DNA of 32,000 nt from Synechocystis sp. PCC 6803 substr. PCC-P (GTDB taxonomy: Bacteria > Cyanobacteriota > Cyanobacteriia > Cyanobacteriales > Microcystaceae). Numbering within the stretch: the stretch's first letter is position 1; each line of letters opens with the position of its first letter. The translations under genes were made by a program, and so were the position numbers. Shown here piece by piece: positions 1-9,301 of this stretch. The notes beneath the pieces were generated by a model, which saw only the letters and a list, made by a program, of their open reading frames with translations, was not told the DNA's origin and did no database searches. The stretch lies in assembly GCF_000284455.1 (NCBI RefSeq), contig NC_017039.1, positions 450,001-482,000 on the forward strand, in the 5' to 3' direction.

Positions 1-734
1 ATGGCGGCTACACCCTCCATAGTTACCAATTGGGTTTTCTCCATCTCCATACCCAACAGGCCATAAAATTAACTGCCCCCTTACCTCCCGAACTCATCAC
101 CCCAGAAGTTAAGACTATTGCCCTGGAAACTGAAAAGCATTGATGAGAAGTGATGGAAAAAAACCAGATACCTAAAATCAATCTTGGGTGGATTCAGGCG
201 TATAAAGCTAGGTAAAGTGTTTTATTAAGTTCCTTTAAGTTAGGCAAAGTTTGGACTAATTCTAGCGGCTATAAATCTTACTAGTAAGGCATTTTGCGTC
301 TTTACCAAGCCTAATTCTTATCAGTGCCATGGAGAGAATATATGGCCTTGCCCTGACTATTTCACTTTTCAGTGTGTCATCCGATACTGACCATGACCAC
401 CGACAATGGATAGGATAAAACCAATTTAAATTCGGTAAATCATTATTTCAACCAATGAAACCGACTCATTTCATTGGCCACTGCCCCTTACTGGAGATAT
501 TGTCCGTAGTTCAATACAGAATTGCGGATAACGCAAACACAAAAACGATTTGTGCATGTATATCTCCAAATTGTGGACCAATGGTGTCAAATGTTACGGA
601 TAGTTAAGGGTTAGTTAGTTAGCCTCAACTTAAGTTAATCAAAATTGACAAACGAGTATAAGTCGCAATGATGTATCTCCCCGTCAGCGCTGATTATCAA
701 TCCATTGCCCCGCGCCCTTGAATTTGTTACAATT

Positions 735-797
735 CTTAACAGTGACTTAATAATCTCTTAAGAATCTTGGTGTAAAGTCTTAAGAAAATCTTAAGGT
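735..797 (+). promoter_or_regulatory. Array of CTTAA-core direct repeats phased at 11 bp, Pho-box/OmpR-PhoB-family-like, upstream of the EAL gene
   Basis: CTTAAC at 735, CTTAAT at 746, CTTAAG at 757, CTTAAG at 779 and CTTAAG at 790: five of six registers of an exact 11-bp period. ATG of the EAL gene is at 842. Confidence 0.5.
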
Positions 798-841
798 TTT
801 CTCCTCCCCCGGAGTCATCCCTATCGAATCCTGGAAGATCT

Positions 842-1753
842 ATGTTTATATTTCCACGCTTTCCCCGGTCCCTATCTGAGAATGGTTTTTCTCAGCATGG
901 GACTGCCCCTCCCGTCGTCCCAGAGGAGAGCAATAGTTCTTCGGATCGTAAGCAATATATTAAGTGGGCCCTAACTAAAGCGGTTACTGAGGGTGGATTC
1001 AGGCTTGATTTTCAACCCCAATGGGATGGGCAGGGAATTAATTTGGTGGGGGTAGAGGCCCTAGTCCGTTGGCAAGATCCCAAGTTGGGCAATGTGCCTC
1101 CCGCAGAATTCATTCCCATAGCTGAGGAAACGGGACTGGTGACAGCCATTGGGGAGTGGGTGTTGGACACGGCTTGTCGTCAATATAAAATTTGGCAAGC
1201 CCAGGGGGTACCGGCCTTTTTGTTGGGCGTGAATTTGTCCTTGCAACAGTTGCAAAAAGCTGACTTTGCCGAGACAGTCCGGTGCATTCTGGAGGAAACG
1301 AACATGCCCGCAGCCCAACTGCAGTTGGAGATGACCGAAGGATTAATTTTTCGAGATTTGCAGCACACTATTGGGGTGCTCCGGGATCTCCAACGACTGG
1401 GAGTGCATTTGGCGATCGACGATTTTGGCACTGGTTACTCTTCCCTGTCCGTGCTGAAGGAACTTCCTGTCCACACGCTAAAAATTGACAAATCTTTTTT
1501 AGAGGATCTGGAGACGCACCAAAAGGCGGAAGTTATTATCGAAAGCATTATCAACCTCGGTCAGCGTTTACAGTTGGTGGTGGTGGCGGAGGGCGTAGAA
1601 ACGGAAGGCCAACTCCATTTACTGCAATCTTTACGGTGTGATGTACTCCAGGGTTTTTTCTTCAGTTGTCCCTTAAGTGAAGACAAGATGACCCACTATC
1701 TCCACCATTGTTGTTCTGCTAAAACTTTGAGCCGGGCGATCGCCTCCTATTAG
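842..1753 (+). CDS. Stand-alone EAL-domain protein (putative cyclic-di-GMP phosphodiesterase)
   Basis: Motifs EALVRW, GVNLS, EMTEG, AIDDFGTGYSSL, LKIDKSFL, AEGVET and QGFFFS; no GGDEF domain in the ORF. Confidence 0.9.
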   Translation: MFIFPRFPRSLSENGFSQHGTAPPVVPEESNSSSDRKQYIKWALTKAVTEGGFRLDFQPQWDGQGINLVGVEALVRWQDPKLGNVPPAEFIPIAEETGLVTAIGEWVLDTACRQYKIWQAQGVPAFLLGVNLSLQQLQKADFAETVRCILEETNMPAAQLQLEMTEGLIFRDLQHTIGVLRDLQRLGVHLAIDDFGTGYSSLSVLKELPVHTLKIDKSFLEDLETHQKAEVIIESIINLGQRLQLVVVAEGVETEGQLHLLQSLRCDVLQGFFFSCPLSEDKMTHYLHHCCSAKTLSRAIASY

Positions 1754-1875
1754 GCTTTAGGCTGGCAAAATTGCGGCCATCGACTCCTTTGTTCATATCT
1801 AGCCATATCAATATTAGTTTATAACTTAAAATTACTATGACTGCTTTGATCTTGCCTTTTTTTGAGGATCGTGCC

Positions 1876-3024
1876 ATGGCCGATAAATTACAGAGTCCTG
1901 GGCTCCAAAAATTCCAAGATAATGGGGCTAAACGAGCAATTCCTCGGGAGTTGTTAGAACAGTTAACAGCGGATAAATTCACTGGTCAACTGGTGATCCG
2001 TAATCCCTTTGATGAATTTGTTGATTGGCAAATTTACCTGGGTAACGGCAAGATTCATTTTGCTAATAGTGCGGTGGGCAATGGTAAGCGCCTAAATTAT
2101 ATGTTGGGTAAATTGTTCCAGCATAGTCATCTCCAACTACCGACTGGATTGGAAAGTGACTACAACTATATCTGTGATTTATGGAAGAGAAAATATTTTT
2201 CTTTTCAGCAAACTCGGTCAGTGTTGACTCAGTTTACCCAGGAAGCTTTGGTTCAAGCCCTTTCCCTACCCAAAACTGAATATAAATTGGAGCCTAATAA
2301 CAAGCTCAGACATCTTTTCTTAAACCTAAATTTAGAGCAGGCTGTGGGTCCCATCGAGAAGAAAGTCGACTATTGGTGGGAGTTGCGCTCGGAAATCAAT
2401 TCTCCTTTTCAACGGCCTTTAGTGCAGGATATGCGGAAATTACGGGGAGTTCTAACGAAAGCTAATTTTCAAACCACGGAAGAATTTTGGAAAGTTTTTC
2501 AACAAAATTTAGAAAATTTACACTGTCTTTATGACATTGCCAGTGCCACTAAACTGAGCACTCTCCAGTTGGCGATCGCCATGCGGAACCTAATCAAAGC
2601 AGGGGATATCACCATGCTTCCCTACCAAGAAATTGCCATTGATAACCGCCCCTTAGTGGTTACTGTGGACGAAAATCAAGTCCATCAGCACATTGTCGAA
2701 TATACATTGGAAAAAAGCGGTTATCGAGTTAATACCATCACCGACCCATTTAAGGCTTTGGCTTCCCTCCAAGGTCAAAATCCTGATTTAATTTTGATTA
2801 ATGCTGACATGGAGAAAATGGATGGCTACCAATTGGCTTCCCTCTGTCGCAAATCTCCCCAGCTTAAGCAAGTGCCGATTGTATTAATGGTGGAAAATGA
2901 CAATTTGGTTCATAATATCAGGGCCAAAATGTCTGGGGTGAATGATAACTTATCCAAGCCTTTTTTACCCCAGGATTTATTACTGAAAGTCAAGACCAAC
3001 TTGCGGGAAATGGCCGCGGTCTAG
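1876..3024 (+). CDS. PatA-like response regulator: N-terminal DUF4388-type domain plus C-terminal receiver domain
   Basis: C-terminal receiver (LILINADMEKMDGYQLA...IVLMVEND...NDNLSKPF); N-terminal 'GKLQIRN..'-type region (FTGQLVIRNPFDEFVDWQIYLGNGKIHFA). Likely ATG at 1876 (MADKLQSP); ORF opens at 1837. Confidence 0.85.
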   Translation: MADKLQSPGLQKFQDNGAKRAIPRELLEQLTADKFTGQLVIRNPFDEFVDWQIYLGNGKIHFANSAVGNGKRLNYMLGKLFQHSHLQLPTGLESDYNYICDLWKRKYFSFQQTRSVLTQFTQEALVQALSLPKTEYKLEPNNKLRHLFLNLNLEQAVGPIEKKVDYWWELRSEINSPFQRPLVQDMRKLRGVLTKANFQTTEEFWKVFQQNLENLHCLYDIASATKLSTLQLAIAMRNLIKAGDITMLPYQEIAIDNRPLVVTVDENQVHQHIVEYTLEKSGYRVNTITDPFKALASLQGQNPDLILINADMEKMDGYQLASLCRKSPQLKQVPIVLMVENDNLVHNIRAKMSGVNDNLSKPFLPQDLLLKVKTNLREMAAV

Positions 3025-3315
3025 GGCCAGGAATAATCAGAAAATCACTAAACTAATTTTAATCTTTTGACCTGGCTAGAGTTCCAGTTTTTCTGTGATT
3101 AAAATCCTAGGCTACACGAAATTAGGGATAATTACTATGACCTGTAGTAACTGACGTAAAAGGGAACTGCTCCTTTCCCTATGCAGACTGGATCTGATCA
3201 ACCAGGGAAGTAGGTCAACATCCACTTTCGTATCTGGTATATTGTCCTTTTGGCGGGATATTGTGTTTTCCAAGCAAATTTTGGGAAATCAAAACCTAGA
3301 TGGGGCATCACAACG

Positions 3316-4548
3316 ATGGACACCAATACTTTACTGCTAATTCTTGCCAATATCATTGTAATTATTGGCTTAGCTCGCCTGATTGGATTGCTGTTTGCCC
3401 GTTTTCAACAGCCCCCTGTGATCGGAGAAATTATTGCAGGAATTATGCTGGGCCCTTCTCTCCTCGGTCTATTGTCCCCGGCCCTAGAAAAAAGTTTTTT
3501 CCCTGCCACTACCCAGCCATTTCTGTATTTACTCTCGGAAATTGGCTTAATTTTTTATATGTTTTTGGTGGGTTTGGAGCTTAACCCCCAATATCTACGG
3601 CAAAAATTAAAGGTTGCTATTCTAACTTCTAATGTTAGTATTTTCTTTCCATTTGTACTGGGTATAGTGCTGTCTTTTTTTGTCCTCTATTCCCTCAATC
3701 AACCCAATAAAACCAGCTTTATTCCCTTTGCCCTTTTCATTGGCGCGGCCATGTCGATTACGGCCTTTCCAGTACTGGCTCGTATTTTAAAGGACACTGG
3801 TTTGGATAAAACTCCCCTGGGGACTTTGGGGCTGACCTGTGCTTCGGTGGATGACATTAGTGCTTGGTGTCTGTTGGCGATCGCCATTGCGGTGACCCGT
3901 ACGGATAACATTTTCGGTGCATTTCCTACCCTCTTGGGTATTATTGTCTACACTGTCTTCATGGTCACTCTAGGGAGAAAATTTTTTAAGTATATTCTCC
4001 GCAATTATGGTCAAAAAAATTATCTCAGCCAGGGTCTATTAACTTTTATTTATATCATGGTAATTCTTTCCGCTATGCTGACGGAATGGATTGGTATTGA
4101 CGTAATTTTTGGTGGATTTATTTTAGGGGCAATTTTACCAAAAAATACAAATCTAAGCACGGAATTAGCCACTAAAACCGAGGATTTTGTTTCCACATTT
4201 CTTTTGCCTATTTTCTTTGCCTATAGTGGATTAAGTACAGACCTTGGTTTACTCAATAAGCCTTATCTCTGGGCGGTGTGTGCTTTAGTGGTGGCAGCGG
4301 CGATCGCCGGTAAATATTGCGGGGTTTATGTGACCACCAGGGCATTAGGGGTGGAAAAGCAAGAGGCCAAGGCCTTGGGCTGGCTGATGAACACGAGGGG
4401 CTTGACGGAATTAATTATTCTCAATGTGGGTCTCAAACTAGGTGTAATTTCCCCGGTGATTTTCACTATGTTTGTGATTATGGCCATCATTACCACCATT
4501 ATTACCTCCCCTTTGGTAGTCAAAATTTATCCTGCCCCAGCCCATTAA
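3316..4548 (+). CDS. nhaS4: Na+/H+ antiporter, CPA2 family (NhaS4-like)
   Basis: Multi-TM protein, 'RLIGLLFARFQQPPVIGEIIAGIMLGPSLLG' and 'GAAMSITAFPVLARIL' motifs typical of the CPA2/KefB-NapA family; likely start at MDTNTLLL. Confidence 0.85.
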   Translation: MDTNTLLLILANIIVIIGLARLIGLLFARFQQPPVIGEIIAGIMLGPSLLGLLSPALEKSFFPATTQPFLYLLSEIGLIFYMFLVGLELNPQYLRQKLKVAILTSNVSIFFPFVLGIVLSFFVLYSLNQPNKTSFIPFALFIGAAMSITAFPVLARILKDTGLDKTPLGTLGLTCASVDDISAWCLLAIAIAVTRTDNIFGAFPTLLGIIVYTVFMVTLGRKFFKYILRNYGQKNYLSQGLLTFIYIMVILSAMLTEWIGIDVIFGGFILGAILPKNTNLSTELATKTEDFVSTFLLPIFFAYSGLSTDLGLLNKPYLWAVCALVVAAAIAGKYCGVYVTTRALGVEKQEAKALGWLMNTRGLTELIILNVGLKLGVISPVIFTMFVIMAIITTIITSPLVVKIYPAPAH

Positions 4549-4582
4549 AATCCATTATTGTTTTGACTTTGACTAGGCTTAA

Positions 4583-4710
4583 GAATCTGTTTGAAAACCC
4601 CCCTGACCCCCCAAAAAAAATTTGGGGGAAAACTGAGTGAAATCCCCCAGTATTACCGGAGCTTTAGTGAAGAAATTTAGGGGGCAGAATAAAACTTTCT
4701 AAACACGATC
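4583..4710. mobile_element. Candidate MITE-like element (about 128 bp) with imperfect terminal inverted repeats
   Basis: Left end GAATCTGTTTGAAAAC; right end reverse complement GATCGTGTTTAGAAAG. Interior has C-run/G-run hairpin CCCCCCAAAAAAAATTTGGGGG. Left end resembles the IS5-like terminus at 23127. Confidence 0.4.
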
Positions 4711-4813
4711 TAGAACCGATAACTTTTCAACGGGTAACGGGTAATGGTTTAAATTTTAAAAGTTGTCAAACACATTCCCGTACCATTGCCATTGGTAATG
4801 TCCGGGACAAAAT

Positions 4814-6895
4814 CTAAACAGATAAATTTTCCGCCCGTTGAATAATATTTAACAGTCTGCCCACTTGCTCTGTGCCCCGCACACTAATTTCACTGTGACA
4901 GAGTACTAATTTTTCCGTCACCCTGGCCAATAAATCCCGCACAATGCGCTCAAAGCGTTCCTGGTCCCATTGCAATTGTTCCGGTTCTGTCCAGGGTTTG
5001 GGCTCTCGATGGCGCAGCAATAGAGGCGATCCAAACAATTGGGATGCTCCCCCCATTTCCCAGAGGCGATCGCCAGCATCAAGCCAAAAGTGCCAGCGGT
5101 GTTGGCTACGGAGTGAACGGTATTGGTAAATAGTCGCCAGGGTAATGGCCGGCGGTGGGGGTAACCAGTCGGGAATGTCTGGTCGGGGTTGGGCGGTAAC
5201 CGTGCCTTGACCAAGTAGTTGCAAAAATAGGGCCAGCTTTTCCCGGATCTGGGGCAGACTTTCTCCGCCATGGCCAGCATTGCTCTGGAGTTTGCCCTGT
5301 ACCCGCCAAAAGTGCTGGAGAGTTTCCATCAATTCCCGCAGAGAAGCCAATTCCCCGTAGGCGAGTTGATGTTCCGGGGGCAGTTGTTCACGAATGGCTC
5401 TGTCCAGCATTGTGACCGGCGATAAAGTCTCCTGGGCCAGGGCTTGTTTTTGCTTGCTTAACCAATCCCGTAGAGCGCCATAGGCTTGACTGGCTTGGTA
5501 ACCAAAACGATCCCAGCGGGGATATTGCTCTATGGGCATCAGGGCCGGGGCTTGGGGATTAATGGCATAGCAAGTGTCTGCCAGTAGCCCTGCCCGCACA
5601 GGATCGATCGCCAGCTTGATTTGACCTCCAGAGCGTCTCTCACTCAGCATCACCAACATTTCCGCCACCTGTTCCCGGCGGGCCCATTCCCCCAGGTCAT
5701 ACACCAGGGCTAACAGAGTTAATAAACTGCGAATTAAGGGGGCACTGCTGAGGGGTCGTTGCTCATTGAGGGCGATAATGTCGATGCCGGCTTTGTTAAA
5801 AATTTCTAAAAAACTATAGCGGGCAATTTCGTCCAGACCAGGGGCGATGATGGCAATGTCCTGGGGCTTGATTTCTCCTTGGTGAACCGCCGCAATGATC
5901 TGATCGGCCGTTTGCCGTAGTAGTTGGGCCCGGGAAAAAGTTTGTAAGGCCTGCACTTGGGGAGGCAGTATGTCTGGCGATCGGGGGTCTTTGAGCAGGT
6001 TCAACACCTGGGTCGATAACTGGGGGGCCATGCCCGTTGGTCGTTCCAACCGTTCCACCTTGGCTCCTTGGGCTAATATCGCCAACGCATTGGGATCGGC
6101 ATTCAACCCCAAGCGCACCTGACCGTCGGGATTAAAGCTAAATACAGCCCAGGAACAATGGGACTGCAACTGATTAAACAAATCCACGGCGATCGCCGGA
6201 TAGTCGTCCACGTCATCGGCAAAAATTGCGTCGTAGCGTTGGCATAAATATTGTTGATATTGGGGCTTTTTCAGTAAATATTGACCATAACAATGAAAAA
6301 TCAGCCCATAGGTTAAAAATCCCCTGGCCAAACACCATTGCCGCCAATGTTGCCAAAAGGCAATCGCCTCTTCTGCACTAATCTCCCCTGGGGTTACCCG
6401 GATTTCCCCTGCCGTTAATCGTTCCAGCACCTGGCGATCGGTCCAACCCGCTGCCCCCGCCAACTGACCCAAATCCAATAGGTTACGAACTAACCTGGAC
6501 CTCTGGGCTGCATTTAAGGAACTATCCCGGCCTGGGTATTGGTTTTGCCATTGCTCCATCGCCAACCATTGTTCCGTTTCCGGTCGTAACTGGGTGGGGA
6601 AAAGTTGCTTGCTGATCCCTGCCTCTAGCAATAGGGGCCAAAATAAATGCACGTCCTCCCTCATCAGTCCCAGGGGGGTTTTGCCCATTACCGGTGCATC
6701 GCCGCCGATCGCCCGCTCTAAACTGCGGCTTAAGCGCCATCGGGTTTGGCCATTGGCCGCCAATACCAAAGCTAATGTTGGTTGATCCAAAACCCGGTCA
6801 GATTTCAAACTTCGCCACCACTGGCCATATAACTGGGTTAATCGATGGGTTTTGCCACTGAGCGATCGCCCTTCTAGCCAGATTATTTCTGCCAA
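4814..6895 (-). CDS. Large protein with N-terminal P-loop (GRSLSGKTHRL), related to UvrD/RecB/AddB-type helicase-nuclease subunits
   Basis: 693 aa; Walker A-like 'LEGRSLSGKTHRL'; 'NAIFADDVDDYPAI'-like segment (YDAIFADDVDDYPAIAVDLF); 'DIAIIAPGLDEIARYSFLEIFNKAGIDI' resembles helicase accessory domains. Confidence 0.55.
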   Translation of the reverse strand: MAEIIWLEGRSLSGKTHRLTQLYGQWWRSLKSDRVLDQPTLALVLAANGQTRWRLSRSLERAIGGDAPVMGKTPLGLMREDVHLFWPLLLEAGISKQLFPTQLRPETEQWLAMEQWQNQYPGRDSSLNAAQRSRLVRNLLDLGQLAGAAGWTDRQVLERLTAGEIRVTPGEISAEEAIAFWQHWRQWCLARGFLTYGLIFHCYGQYLLKKPQYQQYLCQRYDAIFADDVDDYPAIAVDLFNQLQSHCSWAVFSFNPDGQVRLGLNADPNALAILAQGAKVERLERPTGMAPQLSTQVLNLLKDPRSPDILPPQVQALQTFSRAQLLRQTADQIIAAVHQGEIKPQDIAIIAPGLDEIARYSFLEIFNKAGIDIIALNEQRPLSSAPLIRSLLTLLALVYDLGEWARREQVAEMLVMLSERRSGGQIKLAIDPVRAGLLADTCYAINPQAPALMPIEQYPRWDRFGYQASQAYGALRDWLSKQKQALAQETLSPVTMLDRAIREQLPPEHQLAYGELASLRELMETLQHFWRVQGKLQSNAGHGGESLPQIREKLALFLQLLGQGTVTAQPRPDIPDWLPPPPAITLATIYQYRSLRSQHRWHFWLDAGDRLWEMGGASQLFGSPLLLRHREPKPWTEPEQLQWDQERFERIVRDLLARVTEKLVLCHSEISVRGTEQVGRLLNIIQRAENLSV

Positions 6896-7076
6896 ATCTT
6901 TTACCCCTGATAGTTCCCGTTGGTTCTGCTAAGATTTCCTGTATTGCTCAATCCCAAAACCTTACGGATCGAACCCTGGGCCACCGTAGTTTGGGTAGCT
7001 TGAAAGAAAACTAAAACTTTATCAGACAACCTTATCAAACAATATCTTAGCTGTTTTTTTACCCAATCATCAGTCA

Positions 7077-8399
7077 ATGGATTTAACAAATTGGTGGCAA
7101 GGGGCAACCCAGTGGTTTGGCAGATCTTCACAAAAATCCTTGGAGCAAGCCTTCCGGTCTGCCCTAAAAATAAAAGAAATTGAAGATCAATACTTCCAAG
7201 GCAAAAAAATAGGGCCAGAAAATTGTGATTATAGTGCCGACACTGTCACCTATTTTGCCAACCAAATTCAGCGGCATCTGAGGAAAATAGAGCAGGAAAT
7301 TTACCACCTCAACAGCGACCAAGAATTCGTCAAAATTCTGAGCCTAGATCCAGCAGTTAAACAGGATCCACAAACGGAATATGTTCTCAATCAATTGCAA
7401 TTCATTGATGACATATTGCAACGCTATGACGGTGAACTGCCCCAGGTTAGTCCCCCCAAGCAAATTGCCAATGGGGGCGTTCTGGATTTACCCGCCATAA
7501 CTGCTAATAAACAACGGCAAATCAACAAAAAGCGCCGGGACGGTTTTCAATATATTCGGCGGGAAGATACCCAACAAAAAGTAGATACTGCCACCCAAAA
7601 ATCTGGCGTTTTGCCCCGTTCCTTCTTGCGTACCATCGACCGTCTGAAGCGGGAAATGGACCCCCAGTCCAGTGACACTGAGCAAAAGGTGCTCAAACAA
7701 TATCGCAATTCTCGCTATAAAACTGCCCTCTCAATTAAGTTTGTTTTAACCTTAATTATTGTGCCCCTGCTGGCCCATCAATTGACTAAAACATTTTTTC
7801 TTTTGCCTTCGGTGGAATCATTTTTTGAGCGTAATAGTGAGGTTGTTTTTATTAACCAGAGTATGGAGACAGAAGCCTATGAGGAATTGAGTCATTTTGA
7901 AGAATCTCTGCGTTTTCGAGAATTGTTAGGTTTTGGCGAAAAACTTTCCCCCGAAGCTAAGGAAGAAAAACTGGCGGAGAAAGCCAAAGAAATTTCCGAA
8001 AGTTACCGTCGGGTTAGCACCAATGCGATCGCCAATATTTTTGCTGATATTTTTTCCCTGGTGGCCTTTTCACTTGTTTTGGTCAATAGTCAACGGGAAA
8101 TTGAAGTTTTAAAAGAATTTATTGACGAAATTGTCTATGGCTTGAGTGACTCGGCTAAGGCATTCTTGATTATTCTCTTTACCGATATGTTTGTTGGTTT
8201 TCACTCTCCCCACGGTTGGGAAGTAATTTTGGCTAGTATCGCCCGTCATTTTGGTTTGCCGGAAAATCAAGATTTTAACTTTCTTTTTATCGCAACTTTC
8301 CCGGTAATTTTAGATACGGTCTTTAAATATTGGATCTTCCGTTATCTGAATAGTATTTCTCCCTCTGCCGTGGCTACCTACCGCAATATGAATGAGTAA
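7077..8399 (+). CDS. pxcA: PxcA/CotA family envelope membrane protein (light-induced proton extrusion; CemA-like)
   Basis: 440 aa; C-terminal CemA-like region 'FVLTLIIVPLLAHQLTK...FVGFHSPHGWEVILASIARHFGLPENQDFNFLFIATFPVILDTVFKYWIFRYLN'. Confidence 0.9.
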   Translation: MDLTNWWQGATQWFGRSSQKSLEQAFRSALKIKEIEDQYFQGKKIGPENCDYSADTVTYFANQIQRHLRKIEQEIYHLNSDQEFVKILSLDPAVKQDPQTEYVLNQLQFIDDILQRYDGELPQVSPPKQIANGGVLDLPAITANKQRQINKKRRDGFQYIRREDTQQKVDTATQKSGVLPRSFLRTIDRLKREMDPQSSDTEQKVLKQYRNSRYKTALSIKFVLTLIIVPLLAHQLTKTFFLLPSVESFFERNSEVVFINQSMETEAYEELSHFEESLRFRELLGFGEKLSPEAKEEKLAEKAKEISESYRRVSTNAIANIFADIFSLVAFSLVLVNSQREIEVLKEFIDEIVYGLSDSAKAFLIILFTDMFVGFHSPHGWEVILASIARHFGLPENQDFNFLFIATFPVILDTVFKYWIFRYLNSISPSAVATYRNMNE

Positions 8400-8509
8400 A
8401 TGGGCAAAATAATTCCCCCTAGGCATGGTGCTCAAGGGGGAAATAAATAATTGAGGCGACTAGTTAGTAGGTAAGATTAACTAATTTATGCCCTTAAAGT
8501 CAAACTAGA

Positions 8510-8959
8510 TTAGCTCATGGCCACGCCTTGACTGGCATAGTCAGAACGAAAATTAGCCAAAACTTTGCCTTGGATGCGGACAGCGCTGTTGACAGCTTGG
8601 TCACCACTTAAACCAATTTCTTCAGCCAAACGCACTAACAGGGATTGTTGGCGTTTTTTAATTGCCTGGGTTTTGCTGTGCAGGCGGGCCCGGACCCGGT
8701 CCTGGAAGGAAATTTGGCTGGGAGCCGCAGCGACTTCCACCTTTTTGTTGGCAGTGTACAGTTCGGGCTGTAGATCCTGGGCGGGGTTAAAGGAAACTCC
8801 CCGATAAGTTAGATTGACGTTGGGCTGAATGACGTTCTTGGTGGTGGTGCGGCGGAAACGATAGTCCAAACCACGGTAGCTGCCCGCTAGCCCCAAAACT
8901 TCGGTTTCCACTTTGGGGGGATTGTAGTCGTACTTGACTCCACGGTAACTTAATTGCAT
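8510..8959 (-). CDS. gifB: Glutamine synthetase inactivating factor IF17
   Basis: 149 aa, basic C-terminal domain 'QDRVRARLHSKTQAIKKRQQSLLVRLAEEIGLSG'; preceded by a glutamine riboswitch motif. Confidence 0.92.
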   Translation of the reverse strand: MQLSYRGVKYDYNPPKVETEVLGLAGSYRGLDYRFRRTTTKNVIQPNVNLTYRGVSFNPAQDLQPELYTANKKVEVAAAPSQISFQDRVRARLHSKTQAIKKRQQSLLVRLAEEIGLSGDQAVNSAVRIQGKVLANFRSDYASQGVAMS

Positions 8960-8993
8960 AGTGCGCTCCTAATTGTTATTGAAGGTAGAGGAG

Positions 8994-9053
8994 GCGCGTT
9001 CCTTCAGGAATATATCCCTACTTCCGTCTTCTTCAAAAAGAGAAGATGAACGA
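8994..9053 (-). ncRNA. Glutamine riboswitch (glnA RNA motif) in the gifB 5' UTR
   Basis: Minus strand reads ...AAATCGTTCATCTTCTCTTTTTGAAGAAGACGGAAGTAGGGATATATTCCTGAAGGAACGCGCC..., with conserved GTTCA, GACGGAAGTAGG and GAAGGAACGC blocks, directly upstream of gifB ATG. Confidence 0.88.
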
Positions 9054-9063
9054 TTTACTTTCT

Positions 9064-9077
9064 GTATCCATTTTTAC
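9064..9077. promoter_or_regulatory. NtcA binding site, GTA-N8-TAC, in the gifB promoter region
   Basis: Exact GTATCCATTTTTAC at 9064-9077, just upstream of the riboswitch; NtcA repression of gif genes is established. Confidence 0.75.
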
Positions 9078-9301
9078 GGTTTTTCAAGATCATGTCAAGG
9101 AATGGTCAACAAAATACGAATTTCTTAACATTCATGTAAGATTTACTGATCATTCGGCTGGACTGCTTCAGAGTTCCGTTTTCCACGAGTGCGAGGGAGA
9201 TGGAACTTGGGCTGGATGCCAACGATCTGCTAGAAGGGTTACTTTTGCCTGTTCCCTGGGGCCTTAACATTGCTTGCAGTCTTTAAAATAACCTCATTTC
9301 C

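Noticed and set aside
1-734. Long ORF-free region at the window start examined for tRNA, ncRNA or truncated genes
   Set aside because: No cloverleaf, strong hairpin or recognisable coding fragment could be supported by eye.
757-797. Short spaced repeats considered as a CRISPR array
   Set aside because: Repeat unit is only about 5-6 bp with 11-bp period; no 20-40 bp repeats with unique spacers. No CRISPR array or cas gene was seen in the window.
6901-7131. 76-aa minus-strand ORF
   Set aside because: Overlaps the start of pxcA, has no recognisable motif, and looks like chance reading of the divergent promoter region.
8565-9267. Plus-strand ORFs 8565-8807 and 9046-9267
   Set aside because: The first is antisense to gifB; the second overlaps the glutamine riboswitch and NtcA site, so a non-coding explanation is better.
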